From the IMG/VR virus record IMGVR_UViG_3300028840_003497, positions 1 through 64,000 of that record: a stretch of DNA of 64,000 nt; one strand, written 5' to 3'. A model generated the notes under the pieces. It made no database searches. It was not told the origin of the DNA and saw only the letters and a list, made by a program, of their open reading frames with translations. The translations under genes and the position numbers were made by a program. This DNA is from a virus. Shown in pieces: positions 62,141-64,000 of this stretch; the first letter of the stretch is position 1, and every line of letters starts with the position of its first letter.

Positions 62141-62480
62141 CTTTCGACACTCCCTTTTCATTAATAATCGACATTACCTGATTGCCCTTCTTCTTGATAC
62201 TAAGCGACACGGCAAACAACTCTTCGGCAATCCACTTGATCGCCTGATCTCGCGTCTCACACAACCAAAGAGCATTGACTACGTGCACATTGCCATCCGA
62301 CTTGAATGCCACTTGAGCCCTCTGGGCATCCCCTTCTTTCGTGGCAATAAAACGAAGGAAAACCACCTCCTTCGGACGATAGTCAGCCTCCCAGATCAGA
62401 GAGGGACTATCTGAACCAACATGCATTACCCACATCCGATCCCCAAACTCCATCGCTTTCAATTTCTCTTCACACATCAT
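62127..62480 (-). CDS. Hypothetical protein
   Basis: ORF packing. Confidence 0.6.
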   Translation of the reverse strand: MMCEEKLKAMEFGDRMWVMHVGSDSPSLIWEADYRPKEVVFLRFIATKEGDAQRAQVAFKSDGNVHVVNALWLCETRDQAIKWIAEELFAVSLSIKKKGNQVMSIINEKGVSKDVKV

Positions 62481-62494
62481 GAGCCTGCCTTTCC

Positions 62495-62510
62495 GCGAAC
62501 TTAAGTTCGC
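62495..62510. repeat. 16-bp palindrome copy 12, perfect (GCGAACTTAAGTTCGC)
   Basis: At a gene junction, before the RBS. Confidence 0.9.
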
Positions 62511-62561
62511 TCTTCATTGCTGATTTCAACAATTTTCTGGACTATCTCGTTCGACCGCCCC

Positions 62562-62774
62562 TCACGCCTCTTGTTCTCCATGACTCCGTGCTCCTCTAAT
62601 CTTGGGCTTAAATAACGACCTACGTAAGAGATTGATACTAGTAACAACTGCATCTTTAGGCCAACCCCTGTCACGGATGATATCCTCAATATCAGGAACA
62701 GGTCCTATTTGGGTATGTATCGAATTCCCTATTTCACTACCATTGCGCCATGCAATAAAATACGTGTACCACAT
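62562..62774 (-). CDS. Small hypothetical protein
   Basis: GGAAGG RBS. Confidence 0.55.
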   Translation of the reverse strand: MWYTYFIAWRNGSEIGNSIHTQIGPVPDIEDIIRDRGWPKDAVVTSINLLRRSLFKPKIRGARSHGEQEA

Positions 62775-62804
62775 CTAAACGCCTTCCTTTCTCATACACA
62801 GTCA

Positions 62805-63119
62805 TCAATCCTCCTTCACAAAATCAGCATCATCTAAGGATCCTGCAAATACGTTACGTCCACGAAGATTCAACGGTGCCCCATTATCCGATGGCATAAA
62901 CCATGATTCGCGTGGAACTGTGCCCTTCTGAACGTAGAAGCCGAACCTGTCCGAAAGCTGCATTCCACATGACTTACATTCCCAATGAACGATACTAGCT
63001 GGCGTAGGCAACAATTTTCCCATACGGTTTCCCGTACAGTTCTCCATGCACGTAATTTCGGAGCCGACCCTATTCATCGAGGCACCGCACTTGCACTTTC
63101 TGGTGTCTATCTCAACCAT
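62805..63119 (-). CDS. Hypothetical Zn-ribbon protein
   Basis: CKCG...CKSCG. Confidence 0.6.
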   Translation of the reverse strand: MVEIDTRKCKCGASMNRVGSEITCMENCTGNRMGKLLPTPASIVHWECKSCGMQLSDRFGFYVQKGTVPRESWFMPSDNGAPLNLRGRNVFAGSLDDADFVKED

Positions 63120-63405
63120 CTTTCGCCATCGGAACCTCGATGCCGCGCTTCACGCACTCACGCCTACTCTCACTATCGAACATAAGCTGCTCCCCTCTCC
63201 GCGTGACAATGATCGGCTCGCCCTCCGGGAACTGGTCGCCTAAGTTGCGGAGGATCTCCCCGACAATCTTCACGCCTCCCAGCCAGTAGACGTCCGTGTC
63301 CGGATCGTAGTTGAGGCCCCCGTCCCGAACCTCCATTATGCGCTCACGCGCAGCCTCATCGACCATCTCCCCGTACAGTGCGTCGAACTTGGTTCTCTTT
63401 GCCAC
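63112..63405 (-). CDS. Hypothetical protein
   Basis: AGGAGG RBS with GTG start. Confidence 0.65.
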   Translation of the reverse strand: MAKRTKFDALYGEMVDEAARERIMEVRDGGLNYDPDTDVYWLGGVKIVGEILRNLGDQFPEGEPIIVTRRGEQLMFDSESRRECVKRGIEVPMAKDG

Positions 63406-63414
63406 AGTGTCCTC

Positions 63415-63735
63415 CTACCTGCGCCACCCGGCGCGATGGGCTGTGACGATTATCTCGCACAGCTCTCTTGCCGCGTCCCCGGTGAGCGCGGTGATGTTCT
63501 CTTCGCTCGAATGAAAGACGTCCTCGTGTGCGCCCTCGTCGGACACCGCGAAAAACCAGTCGCCAATCAGCGTCGCCCCGCACGACTCACACTCTCCATC
63601 GGGACCTTCATTCTCATGGCCGCACTCGTCGCAGGGGTGGTGCCCCATGCTCTCAACGTGAGCCAGGTACTTGTCTTCGGTAGTGAACGAGCAGTCGTCG
63701 TTCAAGTCCCCGTTCCATTTAAAATCAGTCGCCAT
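63415..63735 (-). CDS. Hypothetical Zn-ribbon protein
   Basis: AGGAGG RBS; CDECG...CESCG. Confidence 0.7.
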   Translation of the reverse strand: MATDFKWNGDLNDDCSFTTEDKYLAHVESMGHHPCDECGHENEGPDGECESCGATLIGDWFFAVSDEGAHEDVFHSSEENITALTGDAARELCEIIVTAHRAGWRR

Positions 63736-63744
63736 CCAGCCCTC

Positions 63745-64000
63745 CTAGTCGTCTGCTATTGCCTTATCGACATCCCATCTCAGTAACCAGCATCTGCTCA
63801 TCATGAAATCGGCTGCGTCCACTCGCTCACGACCATAGAGTTCACTAATAGAATCGCCAATGATCTCACAAGCCTCTGCGAGAGTGTCCCTGGTGATATC
63901 TCTATCGCACGTCGGGCGCTCTGGACAAACGGGACACTGGACTTTTTCCGGCACCTGTGAACACTCTGGAAACACCCTATCCCCTCCGACTACCGTCAAC
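63745..64000 (-). CDS. Hypothetical protein, 3' part (starts outside the window)
   Basis: Open to the window edge. Confidence 0.55.
   Translation of the reverse strand, partial: LTVVGGDRVFPECSQVPEKVQCPVCPERPTCDRDITRDTLAEACEIIGDSISELYGRERVDAADFMMSRCWLLRWDVDKAIADD

Noticed and set aside
1-64000. Stop-codon reassignment as seen in some large phages
   Set aside because: Core genes are full length in the standard code and end in TAA, TAG or TGA with tight packing.

Overview
This window is the virion-morphogenesis region of a large, uncultured-looking contractile-tailed (T4-superfamily-type) bacteriophage. Almost all genes are on the minus strand and use the standard code. Reading in transcription direction (64 kb to 1): small accessory genes; a SNF2-like helicase with 1 intein; a probable small terminase; the large terminase with 1 intein; the portal with 2 HNH-type inteins; prohead core genes; a prohead protease-scaffold fusion; a gp23-like major capsid protein; neck proteins; a fibre cluster; tail terminator; an enlarged tail sheath; and two tail tubes. 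A ~16 kb block then interrupts the tail module. It holds ~18 small or modular proteins sharing an N-terminal MR-x-L/I-I-E leader (candidate capsid-internal, injected effectors, including an ADP-ribosyltransferase-like protein), the lysis genes, an 18-tRNA array with several non-canonical members, an HNH endonuclease and a divergent RHH/early cassette. The window ends with the tail assembly chaperone and the start of the tape measure gene. Main signals not explained by the gene list: (1) the leader-tagged cargo library; (2) a 16-bp palindrome RCGAACTYRAGTTCGY found 12 times, mostly at gene junctions; (3) two candidate -1 frameshift sites, one in the tail chaperone and an unexpected one in a prohead-core gene; (4) a D-armless tRNA, a long-variable-arm tRNA-Asn and a tRNA-Gly(ACC); (5) an rrn-type boxA leader in front of the tRNA array. 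All family calls are from motif recognition by eye; no searches were run.
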